A DNA stretch of 64,000 bases from Candidatus Omnitrophota bacterium (GTDB lineage Bacteria > Omnitrophota > Omnitrophia > Omnitrophales > Aquincolibacteriaceae). Below the pieces are notes generated by a model. That model saw only the letters and a program-made list of their open reading frames with translations, searched no databases and had not been told where the DNA came from. The translations under genes and the position numbers were made by a program. Where the stretch lies: assembly GCA_030698625.1 (NCBI GenBank), contig JAUYMS010000047.1, forward strand, positions 12,210 to 76,209. Reading direction: 5' to 3'. Shown in pieces: positions 10,316 to 20,253 of the stretch (position 1 is its first letter; each line of letters opens with the position of its first letter).

Positions 10316-11005
10316 TCAACACACCATCTCGCGCCAATCGCACCGTTGTTGCAAGGCATTAATGTTTGCTACCGCCGTACGTGCGGCAAATAAGATGATG
10401 TTCTGACAATAGTAGCTCTCTATGTTCTCGTCGTGCCATATTTGCTTTCGCACATAATCACTCGCTATATAACCGGCACGACGAAAGCGCTCAACCCAAT
10501 AGTCCTGCCACTGCTCATTAACATGCAACACACCGCCTTGGTTCGGGACAGCGGCCGAAAAAGCAATAACATCGGCGTGCTTCACTAATGACTTTACAAA
10601 TAAATCCGCCGCATCCGGCGGCAAATGTTCCGCTACCTCAAACGACCACGCTAGATCGAAGTGTCTCCCAAGATCAAAACCACTTTTCAGATCGCATGCC
10701 AGAAAACACTCTGACGAAATATCTAGACTGCCTTTTTCTACCCAGTCGCCATCGATCCCCATAATTTCGTTAACGCCACACTGCTTCGCCGCCGCAAGCC
10801 ACAAACCTGTGCCGCAACCCACATCCAGAACAGACTTAGGCCTGATGAGCGCTACCAGCAAGGGAACGATCTTTGCAGCTGCACGCAAACGGTTCTCATG
10901 GGCATCGCCATAAAATGCCTTGGAATACAATTTTCGCTCAACGCACGAATCATTGCGTGTGTTCATCGCGTGAATCCTCCCTTTCTTAATGCGACGTTGC
11001 ATCAT
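10316..11005 (-). CDS. Class I SAM-dependent methyltransferase
   Basis: VLDVGCGTG motif I, FEVAEHL, QGGVLHVNEQ. The C-terminus may be frameshifted. Confidence 0.85.
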   Translation of the reverse strand: MMQRRIKKGRIHAMNTRNDSCVERKLYSKAFYGDAHENRLRAAAKIVPLLVALIRPKSVLDVGCGTGLWLAAAKQCGVNEIMGIDGDWVEKGSLDISSECFLACDLKSGFDLGRHFDLAWSFEVAEHLPPDAADLFVKSLVKHADVIAFSAAVPNQGGVLHVNEQWQDYWVERFRRAGYIASDYVRKQIWHDENIESYYCQNIILFAARTAVANINALQQRCDWREMVC

Positions 11006-12027
11006 CGATTGGCTTGGAAGTCACACCACTTAGCTGCTGAAATATCCCATTCCGGGATATCATCGGCCATAAAGTGCTTTAACTCCGTCAGGTCCGGTGA
11101 CACTGCTGACATTACGCGCACGTAATTCGCGGCGGAATAGCGAATTTCCCCGAATACCTTTCGAGTCCGCTGTTTGCCTTCATTGTAGACCTTAAAATTG
11201 CCCCCATCGTATTGCCGTGACTCGACACCCAGAAATTCAAACACATTCTTGAGAGTCGCGGGCACGTTCTTAACAAAGCGTTCAAAGACGATCACTTTAA
11301 AGCTTGCCTTTGGGAAGAAGCGCAGATAATGATTCAGTTGCGCAAAGTAGCGACTTAACTCAACGTATGCTCCAGGGTTCTCTGCAAGCTCCTCGTTGAA
11401 TGGCCGCTGCGTTAAGGCTACCGGTCTCCCACCGTTAAATGGCTGCTTCGCCACCGCTGCGTGATGGCGGTACTGAGCCACGATGCGTGCCAGCGGATTT
11501 CGTACCAGATAGATAAATTTCATGTCGGGACACAGCTTGCTAAGCCGCGCCGGAACTTCGCTGCCCATATAAGGGGCTTTTGTATAGAATGTTGATGACT
11601 CTCCAAACATTTTTTCACCGTGGTAGCCATTTAGCAAGGTACGCAGTAATTGGTCGTTGGACAGCCCCATCTTAATCTGATTCGCCGACATTGAAGAAAC
11701 GATCGGTATCTCGTTTGAATAGTCCAGAAAGAGGCCCGGCTCCTTAAGGTTTGGTGTATAGATGTCATCATGGCGTCCTAAGTAGTAATGCAGACTTGAT
11801 GTTCCGGACTTCATTGCGCCGATAATCAGAAAATTCGGCAGCACTGTCCGCAGCCGCAGTTGCTTAAGCTCAAGACACCGGCCGCGCCCCAAGTATATTC
11901 TTGAGGGTGAAAGGAACGGATTGCGGTGGTAACGAGCACTCTTGTTAGCAAAAGAGGCTGCGGAGCATTGCACAAGATTGACCTTTGGTGTTGTCCAGAA
12001 TGCATCATCTCTATTTCTAGTAGCCAT
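11002..12027 (-). CDS. PAPS-dependent sulfotransferase
   Basis: PNFLIIGAMKSGTSSL (5'-PSB loop), KEP, GESSTFY, IYLVRNP. Start uncertain. Confidence 0.88.
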   Translation of the reverse strand: MATRNRDDAFWTTPKVNLVQCSAASFANKSARYHRNPFLSPSRIYLGRGRCLELKQLRLRTVLPNFLIIGAMKSGTSSLHYYLGRHDDIYTPNLKEPGLFLDYSNEIPIVSSMSANQIKMGLSNDQLLRTLLNGYHGEKMFGESSTFYTKAPYMGSEVPARLSKLCPDMKFIYLVRNPLARIVAQYRHHAAVAKQPFNGGRPVALTQRPFNEELAENPGAYVELSRYFAQLNHYLRFFPKASFKVIVFERFVKNVPATLKNVFEFLGVESRQYDGGNFKVYNEGKQRTRKVFGEIRYSAANYVRVMSAVSPDLTELKHFMADDIPEWDISAAKWCDFQANR

Positions 12028-12033
12028 AATTGG

Positions 12034-13506
12034 TCACACTCCCACCGCACCGAACAATAAGCGCTTTACTTCATTGCTCGCCGTTCTGTCTATGCATTGA
12101 AACACCGTAACATGCGCCACAACCGCTGTGATTCCATAGGCAACAAGATGCGCGAAGCTGTCGAGCGACACGGAAGCCGATACGCCGACGTCCCGCAAAA
12201 GAAGCCGCATCACTATTATGGTTGTGCTCAAGGCTGCAGCCGCAAGAAACGATGGCAACAGCTGCGCCAGAAACTCGCACCATTGAAACGCTACGATCCG
12301 CCGAATGCGCGTCAAATAAAGCGGAACCATGACAGCGTGCATGATTAACAATGTCATCGCTGCGCCCGTGACACCAAATTTCAACGTCATTCCGATAAGC
12401 ACGGGAACTTTAATGACTAGATGAATCAGGCCGAGCTGATAACTATATTGTGGATTCCCGCTTCCCTGGAAGATCGAACCCGACGCAGCGATCATGGGCG
12501 ACAATATCTGTACCAACCCCATAACCTGAATCAGCGGAACAATAGGCAGCCATTTTTCACCATACAAGGCCAATGTAATCTCATGCGCAAGTAAGATGAC
12601 AACAAGGCTGAACGGTATCGTAAAAATCGAGGCGAGTTTGACTGTTTTCATGTAAGCCCGTTTCAGGGCGGCCGGATCGTCCTGGATCGCCGAATAGGCC
12701 GGAAACATTACGCGCGATATCAGCTGCGCAAAGTGAGTATTTACGAAATTAGTCATGTTGCGGGCAAGTGCGAAATAGCCGAGGAGTGTGGCACCCAGCA
12801 TTTTACCGACAACGATAATTCCGATCTGGCTGTTGATGAACCAGATGACATTCAGGCCCACCAGAAACTTGCCAAAGTGAAAGAGCTCCTTCGCGAGCTT
12901 CGGGTCGAACTGAAACTTCAGCCGGTAGCCGGACAACCACCAATTCATGGAAGTCATAACTATCTGTTTGGCGATGTACGCCACAACGAGGCTCCACACC
13001 GTGGGGCTAATCATCACGAGGGCTATCGCACAAAGCGAATTTGTGATCGAACTGACCAGCTCAGTGACCGCGGTTACCTTAAAGCGCATGTTCTTGACGA
13101 GCAATGACAGCGGAACTTTGCCGAGGCAGCTCATGATGAAGACCACCCCAAGCGCCCGCACGATCGATCCGACTTCGGGGTTATTGAAGAACTTCCCTGC
13201 CAGCGGGGCTGCAATGAAGCAAATTGCGAACATCGTGATGCCCATCGCCTGCAGCATGAAAAAGGCTGTGTGCTGCATGGCTTCGGGCGCGTCTCTTTTC
13301 TGGACGAGGCCGGCATCGAGGCCCATCGACTGGAACACGGCAAGACCGTCGATGGCGACGAATGCCATCGCGAAGATACCGAAGACCGACGGCTCGAGAA
13401 TGCGCGCCAGCACGGCAAAGGTCGCCACCGAGATGACCTTCTGGGCGACCTTGTTGATGACCTGCCACTTCACGCCTGATACTGTTTTTTCTTTTAGTGT
13501 TTTCAT
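12034..13506 (-). CDS. wzx: Wzx-type oligosaccharide flippase (WzxC-like)
   Basis: Polytopic MOP-family protein; 'LARILEPSVFG...GLDAGLVQ' N-terminus typical of WzxC. Confidence 0.9.
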   Translation of the reverse strand: MKTLKEKTVSGVKWQVINKVAQKVISVATFAVLARILEPSVFGIFAMAFVAIDGLAVFQSMGLDAGLVQKRDAPEAMQHTAFFMLQAMGITMFAICFIAAPLAGKFFNNPEVGSIVRALGVVFIMSCLGKVPLSLLVKNMRFKVTAVTELVSSITNSLCAIALVMISPTVWSLVVAYIAKQIVMTSMNWWLSGYRLKFQFDPKLAKELFHFGKFLVGLNVIWFINSQIGIIVVGKMLGATLLGYFALARNMTNFVNTHFAQLISRVMFPAYSAIQDDPAALKRAYMKTVKLASIFTIPFSLVVILLAHEITLALYGEKWLPIVPLIQVMGLVQILSPMIAASGSIFQGSGNPQYSYQLGLIHLVIKVPVLIGMTLKFGVTGAAMTLLIMHAVMVPLYLTRIRRIVAFQWCEFLAQLLPSFLAAAALSTTIIVMRLLLRDVGVSASVSLDSFAHLVAYGITAVVAHVTVFQCIDRTASNEVKRLLFGAVGV

Positions 13507-13520
13507 ATTTGTCGGGTTTT

Positions 13521-13548
13521 GAGATCCTTCGCTTCGCTCAGGATGACA
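13521..13548. repeat. REP-like palindromic element (TGTCATCCTGAGCGAAGCGAAGGATCTC on the minus strand)
   Basis: ATCCT...AGGAT stem preceded by a (T)GTC tag, resembling CGTC-type REP palindromes. Single copy seen in the window. Confidence 0.55.
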
Positions 13549-13732
13549 GCGGTAAACCTTTTTAAAAGCTGGTACTTAATTAGATAGAACTTTCCCGCTT
13601 TTGGGAGTCATAAATTTTTTGGTACAAATGTGTTAAAGCATACCCGGTGAATCACTTACATTCAAACCGATACCGTTTGCGATCTAGCACCGGCAGTCAA
13701 GTCTATGTTTTCCTCCTCTTTTCTGTTTGATC

Positions 13733-13876
13733 TTATGCTATTGATAATTCGTGTCGCATAGCGTCCTGCTGCCGGACGACCCGATAGTCCTCCCGGTGAA
13801 GCGCCGGTTGAATCATCGATTCAAGCTCGCAGCCGCGATTACACTTTTTTCCAACGCGTCCCACGATACCGGGCAT
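13733..13876 (-). pseudogene. 47-aa stub resembling the N-terminus of an asparagine synthase-like amidotransferase
   Basis: AAGGAGG RBS, ATG 2 nt after the upstream stop, begins MPGIVG, stops early next to an AT-rich spacer. Confidence 0.5.
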
Positions 13877-13878
13877 AA

Positions 13879-14568
13879 TTAGGCCTCCTTTCCCGGGGCC
13901 ACATGGCTCAAGCGCAACACATTGGCATGACTGGTAAGACCAACCATCAGCACGCCCACACCTACTAATTCCATCAATTCCTCGGCCATCAAACGCGATG
14001 CACGCCAGAACATCGGCGTATCTTCCGTAATAAGATTCGTTAACATCTCGACGCCCACAGCCCCCCCAAAAAATAGCAGCAAGCCGCTTAACGCACATAT
14101 CGCGCCCGAGCCGTTACTGTCAAAACTTCGTTTTAACTCGGGGAAAACCCACACAACAAAAGCCAAAATAAACGGGCCGAAGAGGACGGGCCACGATGTT
14201 CTGTGCAACGCATCAAGAAACCACGCCGGCATAAAGTTACGCTCGATCACTCCCGAGAAGTTCTCGTGAAACATCACAACCTCATCGCATGACATAAACG
14301 CCAGGGCGCCCGCGGTCAAGAACCACGCCTGCCCTATGTCCCTGCCTGCGGAATTCCCTGCGGTCACAAATGCCGCATGCGCCGCCATAAAAAACATCAC
14401 GCTTGAAACCCATGTGGGGATATTCCCCTCGCGCTGCAAATTGAATAATCTCTCAAGCTGCCAACTCCGCCCATCCAGGAGCAATGCCAGCAAGTGCATC
14501 CCCGCCAATATCAGAATGACTAACCCAACGAGTGCTAACGCACTAGACTGTTTCATTGACGCCTTCAT
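13879..14568 (-). CDS. Uncharacterised multi-pass membrane protein with S-x-DE-x4-HE motif
   Basis: About 6 hydrophobic segments; EGNIPTW, MSCDEVVMFHE, EELMELVG. Confidence 0.75.
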   Translation of the reverse strand: MKASMKQSSALALVGLVILILAGMHLLALLLDGRSWQLERLFNLQREGNIPTWVSSVMFFMAAHAAFVTAGNSAGRDIGQAWFLTAGALAFMSCDEVVMFHENFSGVIERNFMPAWFLDALHRTSWPVLFGPFILAFVVWVFPELKRSFDSNGSGAICALSGLLLFFGGAVGVEMLTNLITEDTPMFWRASRLMAEELMELVGVGVLMVGLTSHANVLRLSHVAPGKEA

Positions 14569-16276
14569 TTGCTACTGCGTTTCTTGCAACATGCGACAGT
14601 CGGCATACCAAAATGTCATTCGGCGACGCGCCCGCCGTTTCGAATGTCGCCGCGCTTCCGTTCTGTCCATACCATATCGCCTCGCGCAGAAGAAATATCC
14701 TCACCGCGGCCGGCACCGACATCGGATCGTCGAAGTCAATTCGCTTAAGAAGAAACCATAGGTCCCGGCCCTCATAGTGTGACCGGAGTTTTGCGATATC
14801 AGCCGGCGAGCTGAGCATTTCGACAAACTGTTTCCGGTTGTAAAGGGGCAGCACCCTTCCCGGCCGCGGCGCATCGCTTCCGCTCTGGATATGGTTCGCG
14901 CTAAAAATCGGCTCGCGGAATCCGTAAAAGCGGGCCTCTTTGGAATGAGAGACGACCACCGGATTACCCGCGGCGATTCTGCCGCCGAATAGTTCATGCG
15001 CCCGGCCCCAGGCCGGCCTCACCTCGCGGCGCACATAATCGACGGACGTCAGGGCCCACGGATGCGCCGTCGGAACAAGCACGGCAATGCCCAGGCAGGC
15101 CAGGGAGCCGCTTATGGCAAAACGCCGCACGCGGCCGCGCGATGCCCACGCCTGCTTCATGCATTTCGCCACCGTGGCCGCCGTTGCCGCGATCGCCGGG
15201 GCCAGAGCAATATAAAAAAATGTCAGGTCGAACAAGATATACCGTTCCTCTTTTCGCAGAAAGACGAAGGTCTTCAGAAGAAACGGAACAGCAAAAAGAC
15301 ACACAACAAAAGCTCCGCGACGGCCGTATTTCCAGCACGCGTAGACGGCCGCCAACGGATAGAGCGTAAAGAGAACCGGATAGAGGTCTTCCATGGTCCA
15401 CTTGTAAAACAACACCCGGCTGACCGCCCACGAATGCAAAGGGACAGAGAAGGCCTCGGCGGCCATCTTCGTAATAATTCCGGGCTTGAGGACCGCCCCG
15501 ATGACCGCCAGCGCAAGGGTCACGATAAGAATTGCCGAATACTTCGAACTGAAGGGGCCCAGCTTCTCTTCACCGCGAGCCGCCAGGAACATCAGCGCGA
15601 TATACGCAAAGAATGCCGGCACAAAAAAGATAACCAGTTTATGCAATACCAATGAGATACAGAATATTGCGACTGCGCCGAACGCGAGCCCTGTCTGCTT
15701 TAGCCGGCTGCCGGCATATCCCCCCTCAAACAGCCGGAAAGCGAGATACGCGAAGACCGTATACAAAAGCTGAACGAGGGTGTACATGCGGCACTCCCGC
15801 GACATTTTGACACAGAGCGGCGCAAAGGCGATAAGAAGCGCTGCGGCGATCGCGGCCCCGGTTCCAAACCATCGGCGGGTCATCCAGAAGCCAAAGACGA
15901 TGACAGCAACGCCGAAGACAACGGCCGGCATTCTGGCCGCGGTCTCACTGACACCAAAAGTCCTGAACATTCCTGCGATAAGATAGGTGAAAGGCAATGC
16001 CCGCGTATACTCGTAGCCCCCGGGCAGAGTCGGTGAGCCTGTCTCGATCAGCGACTTTGCCGCAAAGACATGGTAAAGCTCGTCGGACCAGAAATTGCTG
16101 ACGCCCAGCTGGTACATGCGCACGCACAGTCCAGCGGCCAAGATAAGCGCCAAAGTCAACCAAACGAGTACACGCCCCCTACTTTTACTTACAGCCGGTT
16201 GTGCAGGGATGTCCAGCACATTGCGCGGCCCGCCGCGGCGGTCGATCCCTCTTTCCAATAGTGCTGAATGGCTCAT
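14543..16276 (-). CDS. GT-C glycosyltransferase (ArnT/PMT-like)
   Basis: FWSDE acidic motif after TM1, 'SETAARMP', 'SRECRMY', many TM helices, C-terminal soluble domain. Confidence 0.85.
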   Translation of the reverse strand: MSHSALLERGIDRRGGPRNVLDIPAQPAVSKSRGRVLVWLTLALILAAGLCVRMYQLGVSNFWSDELYHVFAAKSLIETGSPTLPGGYEYTRALPFTYLIAGMFRTFGVSETAARMPAVVFGVAVIVFGFWMTRRWFGTGAAIAAALLIAFAPLCVKMSRECRMYTLVQLLYTVFAYLAFRLFEGGYAGSRLKQTGLAFGAVAIFCISLVLHKLVIFFVPAFFAYIALMFLAARGEEKLGPFSSKYSAILIVTLALAVIGAVLKPGIITKMAAEAFSVPLHSWAVSRVLFYKWTMEDLYPVLFTLYPLAAVYACWKYGRRGAFVVCLFAVPFLLKTFVFLRKEERYILFDLTFFYIALAPAIAATAATVAKCMKQAWASRGRVRRFAISGSLACLGIAVLVPTAHPWALTSVDYVRREVRPAWGRAHELFGGRIAAGNPVVVSHSKEARFYGFREPIFSANHIQSGSDAPRPGRVLPLYNRKQFVEMLSSPADIAKLRSHYEGRDLWFLLKRIDFDDPMSVPAAVRIFLLREAIWYGQNGSAATFETAGASPNDILVCRLSHVARNAVANEGVNETV

Positions 16277-16362
16277 GAGTCCTGCACTTCCTTTTCCGCG
16301 ACCGCAAGCAGCGACAAACCGGCCCGCATGGGTACATGTTTTTCCAAGGCTTCAACGGTCAT
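16273..16362 (-). pseudogene. 29-aa mini-ORF bridging two genes; possible in-frame deletion remnant
   Basis: MTVEALEKHVPMRAGLSLLAVAEKEVQDS*. The start overlaps the TylF 3' end and the stop overlaps the GT-C ATG (ATGA). Confidence 0.4.
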
Positions 16363-17098
16363 TTCTGCCCTTCCTCACCACGAAGGCCTGGCCATGAACC
16401 TCGTATTCAAACAATGGTTCAAACGACAAGCTCGGAATTTCCGATAAAAATTGTTTCAATGCGCTTCGCTGCCCGGCTCCTGACTCCTCGCTAAAAGCCC
16501 GCCAATCGTCAAACAGGACAATTGACCCGCCCTCCAAATAAGGCGCAAGCCAGCGCATTGACTCAATCGTGGACGTGTGCAAGTCGCAGTCCAAAAGTGC
16601 TACAGCCACCCTCTTAAACGGGTACTTTTCCCGCAGTTCCTCGGTAAGAGAGTCTTCATAGAAGCCTTCGATCAAATGGGTGCGAGTCCAATCGACCCCA
16701 TTCTTTTCCAGAAATCGGGTGACTTGCTTCCGGGAGCAGGAAAACTGACCCTTGAAAAAGATTCCGTCACCTATTACTTTGTCTATGTCTTCAAGCTCGG
16801 GCAGCCCCTTGAACGAATCGAAGGCATAAAAGTTGGGCCCCTCAAGACCCAACTCACCGCACACCTTTTGTGCCCACCAATACGTATATCCTTTAAATAT
16901 GCCGAACTCGTAATAGTCGCCGATATCCCTGCCACGCTTTTCCGCCGCGTAGCGCAGTGCTCTGCTCACACCGGCCGGCGCTCCGGGGTTTCCCGGCTTG
17001 AAGGACCGATTGATCGCGTGATAGGCCTTGGATCCCAATGCATACAACGGCGGGTATCGGGCGACAACCTTCTCTACCATTTTCTTAAGAGACCGCAT
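16352..17098 (-). CDS. TylF/MycF/NovP-family O-methyltransferase
   Basis: YYEFGIFKG, FDSFKGLP, LDCDL, FDDW motifs. Confidence 0.88.
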   Translation of the reverse strand: MRSLKKMVEKVVARYPPLYALGSKAYHAINRSFKPGNPGAPAGVSRALRYAAEKRGRDIGDYYEFGIFKGYTYWWAQKVCGELGLEGPNFYAFDSFKGLPELEDIDKVIGDGIFFKGQFSCSRKQVTRFLEKNGVDWTRTHLIEGFYEDSLTEELREKYPFKRVAVALLDCDLHTSTIESMRWLAPYLEGGSIVLFDDWRAFSEESGAGQRSALKQFLSEIPSLSFEPLFEYEVHGQAFVVRKGRNDR

Positions 17099-18062
17099 AG
17101 CTGCGCCTCACCTTGAGATTCAATCCACTTTTCAGATACATGAACACCCCCGGCAAATTGCCTATGCCAATGAGCAGCCTCATTAGAAGGGCAACGGCAA
17201 ATATCGCCGGCGCGGCCGCCCCCGCGATATTGAGAAAATAAACCAACGCGCCCTCCCGCACCCCCCAACCCGCGATCGAAATCGGGAGCATGCTCACCAA
17301 CAACGCCGGAGGAACTAAAATCGCGCAGTCGGCAAAACTTAAACTCATCGAAGTGCTCTTAGCCAAACTCCATACAATCAGAACCCGCATCAACTGGTTC
17401 ATTAGGGCCAGAGCAAACACGACTCCGAGAATACGGCCGTGCTCCTTGTAATCACACAGCGCCGAATAGGCCTCCCGAATCAATTTTATTCCCGGAAAAG
17501 CATTAAAGCGATTCAGGATTTTGTCGGCCAAATTCTGCAGTCCCGGCACTATGAGAAAAGCCACCATCGCCGCCACGGCAAAAGCCGGCGCGGCCATAAC
17601 AATCAGGACTTCATTGCGGCCCCACACGATTGCGGCCCATAGCGCGCCGACAAAAGCCGCAACCATCATGGACACCGCCCCGGTGATCCGGTCCATCGCG
17701 ACTGAGGAGACGGCTTCTGCATGCCGTCCGCTCGAAGCGCCCAAGCTATACATTCGAACAGCATCTCCACCCGCGGTCGCCGGCAAAAAGGATCCCAGAA
17801 AATTACTGACCCACACGCTCCACAATAAATGCCTGTAACCCACTTTTTCGCCTTTTGCCTCAATCAGCAACTGCCACTTATACGCGGTCAGAAAACGGAT
17901 CATAAGCACAGGAACCAGCCCGAGAGCAAAGATATCCCAACGGCAATCGGCAAAGACGCGGCCAATTTCGCTCCACTCGACTTTAGCGCTAAGCCAGAAA
18001 AGTATGGCGGCGCTAATAAAAGCGCGAACGATTGTTCCGCGAAGATTCCGTTTCTCGCTCAC
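17085..18062 (-). CDS. LPG-synthase TM-domain/UPF0104 flippase-like protein
   Basis: LPATAGGDAVR, DRITG, LPISIAGWGVREG motifs. Confidence 0.85.
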   Translation of the reverse strand: MSEKRNLRGTIVRAFISAAILFWLSAKVEWSEIGRVFADCRWDIFALGLVPVLMIRFLTAYKWQLLIEAKGEKVGYRHLLWSVWVSNFLGSFLPATAGGDAVRMYSLGASSGRHAEAVSSVAMDRITGAVSMMVAAFVGALWAAIVWGRNEVLIVMAAPAFAVAAMVAFLIVPGLQNLADKILNRFNAFPGIKLIREAYSALCDYKEHGRILGVVFALALMNQLMRVLIVWSLAKSTSMSLSFADCAILVPPALLVSMLPISIAGWGVREGALVYFLNIAGAAAPAIFAVALLMRLLIGIGNLPGVFMYLKSGLNLKVRRSYAVS

Positions 18063-19246
18063 GTTACGACCTCGTCAAAAATAGATCCATCCGGGACAAG
18101 CACCTCATAGACGGCTCCAAGGGCGCCGGCATCATCTTCGTCTTCGGACGTTACATACGCTCTTGCTCTCGCACCCAGTGCCGCGGCAAGCTCTTTGTCG
18201 AGAGTCAGCCGGGCCAACGCATCCGCGAGTGCTTTCGTATCGCCGTCCTTTACGAGAAGGCCCGCATCACGCAATATCTGTCTTGTGCTCGTCGTGTCAA
18301 AACCCGCGACCGGCAGACCGCAAGCCATATAGGCATACAACTTACCGTTACCTTCGCTGCTTTCATGTTTGGGGCTCACCGCTACGTCCGCCGCATTCAA
18401 GTACGCCGGCAGATCTTCAAACCTCACTTGTCCGGTGAAGGTCACGTTCGCCGTCAAACCCATATCTTGGGCCTTGCTGCGATAATGCTGAACATTCGGA
18501 TAGCCTATAATCAGCGTGTGAAATGCATGTTTTTCACGGAGGATCCTCAAGGCCTCAAGCAAGGCATCGATTCCCTGGTACTCATTAAGGAGTCCGGCGT
18601 ACACAATCACAGGCATCTTCTCCGGGATTCCGTATCGCATTCTTATATGAAGGCCGTTTACTCCGGGGCGAAAATGCTCCGTATCCACACTGTCCACAGT
18701 ATGGGCAACAGGCACCGAACCGGTGTGCGGCTCTTCACTCAAGCGCTCCGCGCTATTCGCGGTGCTTGTAACAATCGCGTCCACGCGCATTTCAATGAAT
18801 TCCTCCAACCACGAGAAAAGACGGTAAAGCAGACCCCCGGCTCTCGCAAACTTGTGCGCCGCAATCTCGCCGGAAAGACTCCCTTGATAATCGAGTACCA
18901 ACGGAATCCGTTTGGACCCTCGAGCCAAGTAGGCAACGCAGGCGCCTTCATGCAAATGGGCATGAATCACATCGGGATTCCACGTTCTTATCCACTTCCG
19001 CGTCAGGGCCGTTAACATGACATCGATGTATATCTTGTGCCATGACGGGCCGGCCGCGAGCTTCCTATACCACGGCACCGGCCAGGTCCTGACCGTTTCG
19101 ACACCGTCAATATCCCGCCCAAGCGGGTAGGTGCATAAGACCACTTCATGCCCCTGCTCCCTAAGTGCAATGGCGGATCGATAGACGCGCACATGGCAGC
19201 CGCGGTCTGAAAAAAAAGGTGTCGGCACCACCATTAAGACCTTCAT
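18059..19246 (-). CDS. Glycosyltransferase family 4
   Basis: PFFSDRG N-terminus, HAHLHE, GKLYAYMACGLPV. Confidence 0.88.
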   Translation of the reverse strand: MKVLMVVPTPFFSDRGCHVRVYRSAIALREQGHEVVLCTYPLGRDIDGVETVRTWPVPWYRKLAAGPSWHKIYIDVMLTALTRKWIRTWNPDVIHAHLHEGACVAYLARGSKRIPLVLDYQGSLSGEIAAHKFARAGGLLYRLFSWLEEFIEMRVDAIVTSTANSAERLSEEPHTGSVPVAHTVDSVDTEHFRPGVNGLHIRMRYGIPEKMPVIVYAGLLNEYQGIDALLEALRILREKHAFHTLIIGYPNVQHYRSKAQDMGLTANVTFTGQVRFEDLPAYLNAADVAVSPKHESSEGNGKLYAYMACGLPVAGFDTTSTRQILRDAGLLVKDGDTKALADALARLTLDKELAAALGARARAYVTSEDEDDAGALGAVYEVLVPDGSIFDEVVT

Positions 19247-20253
19247 GCCGTCACCATTTCACGCGTCTCGCTCTTCAGTGAACCTTCCGCGCGATAGGAC
19301 GTTGCTGTCTTGCTCAAGCCCTCGGCCAAACTAACTCGCGGTGCATACCCCAATCTGTCACGCGCCTTACTGATGTCGAATGCCCGGTTGTGAGTAAAAA
19401 AATCAACGCGGCGCTTATAAAGCGGCGGCCTCAATCCGAGCGGCAAGCACACCGCCTCGCACAAGGCTGCGGCGGCATAGAACGGCCACACGGGCAGATG
19501 CAGCCGCGGCACGCGAACGCCGAGGATGTGAGCAATTTTTCCGGCAAGGTCATTGAGAGTCACGTAGTTTTCATCTCCGAAAAAGAAGGCTTCGCCCGCT
19601 GCCCGGTCACTTTCAGCGCATTGGATCAACCCCTCAACCAAATCCGTCACATACACCATATGGTAGTAAGTCTTCCCGCTCCCGATCATGACAAAATATC
19701 CGCGCTGAATACTGCCGAAGAGCTTCACAAACCTCTCTTCCCCGGGCCCGTAAATCGCTGCCGGGCGGGCGATGCTCATCGCCAGGCCGCGCTCGGCAGA
19801 GGCTTTCCAGACTCTTCCTTCCGCCAATAACTTGGTTCGCTGATACTCATCGCCGGGATTGAACGGCGAGTCCTCATTGCCCGGTATTTCAGCGACCGCC
19901 CCGTGCACTCCCATCGTGCTGCAATGCACCAGCCGCTTCACGCCATGATTGAGACACGCGTCGATAATATTCTGCGTACCCTCGACATTAACGTTCCAGT
20001 AATCCTCTTTCGTCGCAGACTGGTCACGATAGAGCGCGGCGAGGTGAAAGACTTTCTCGCAACCGCCGACTGCCCTGTCCACCAGAGCGGCGTCGCGGAT
20101 GTCGCCCACCTCAAGCTCCACTCCCTTCGCGATGAGTTTGGTCACACCGCTCTTTCTGCGCACAAGCGCCCTGACCCGGTGCCCGCGCTCAACGAGGGCA
20201 TCAACGAGATATCCTCCCGTAAATCCTGTGGCGCCGGTTACGAGTATCTTCAT
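19243..20253 (-). CDS. NAD-dependent epimerase/dehydratase (extended SDR)
   Basis: MKILVTGATGFTG Rossmann motif and YQRTK. Start reassigned to the ATG at 20253. Confidence 0.9.
   Translation of the reverse strand: MKILVTGATGFTGGYLVDALVERGHRVRALVRRKSGVTKLIAKGVELEVGDIRDAALVDRAVGGCEKVFHLAALYRDQSATKEDYWNVNVEGTQNIIDACLNHGVKRLVHCSTMGVHGAVAEIPGNEDSPFNPGDEYQRTKLLAEGRVWKASAERGLAMSIARPAAIYGPGEERFVKLFGSIQRGYFVMIGSGKTYYHMVYVTDLVEGLIQCAESDRAAGEAFFFGDENYVTLNDLAGKIAHILGVRVPRLHLPVWPFYAAAALCEAVCLPLGLRPPLYKRRVDFFTHNRAFDISKARDRLGYAPRVSLAEGLSKTATSYRAEGSLKSETREMVTA

Noticed and set aside
13877-14098. Upstream part of the 121-aa ORF 13733..14098
   Set aside because: It overlaps the membrane-protein gene; only the part after the RBS-supported ATG at 13876 is credible.
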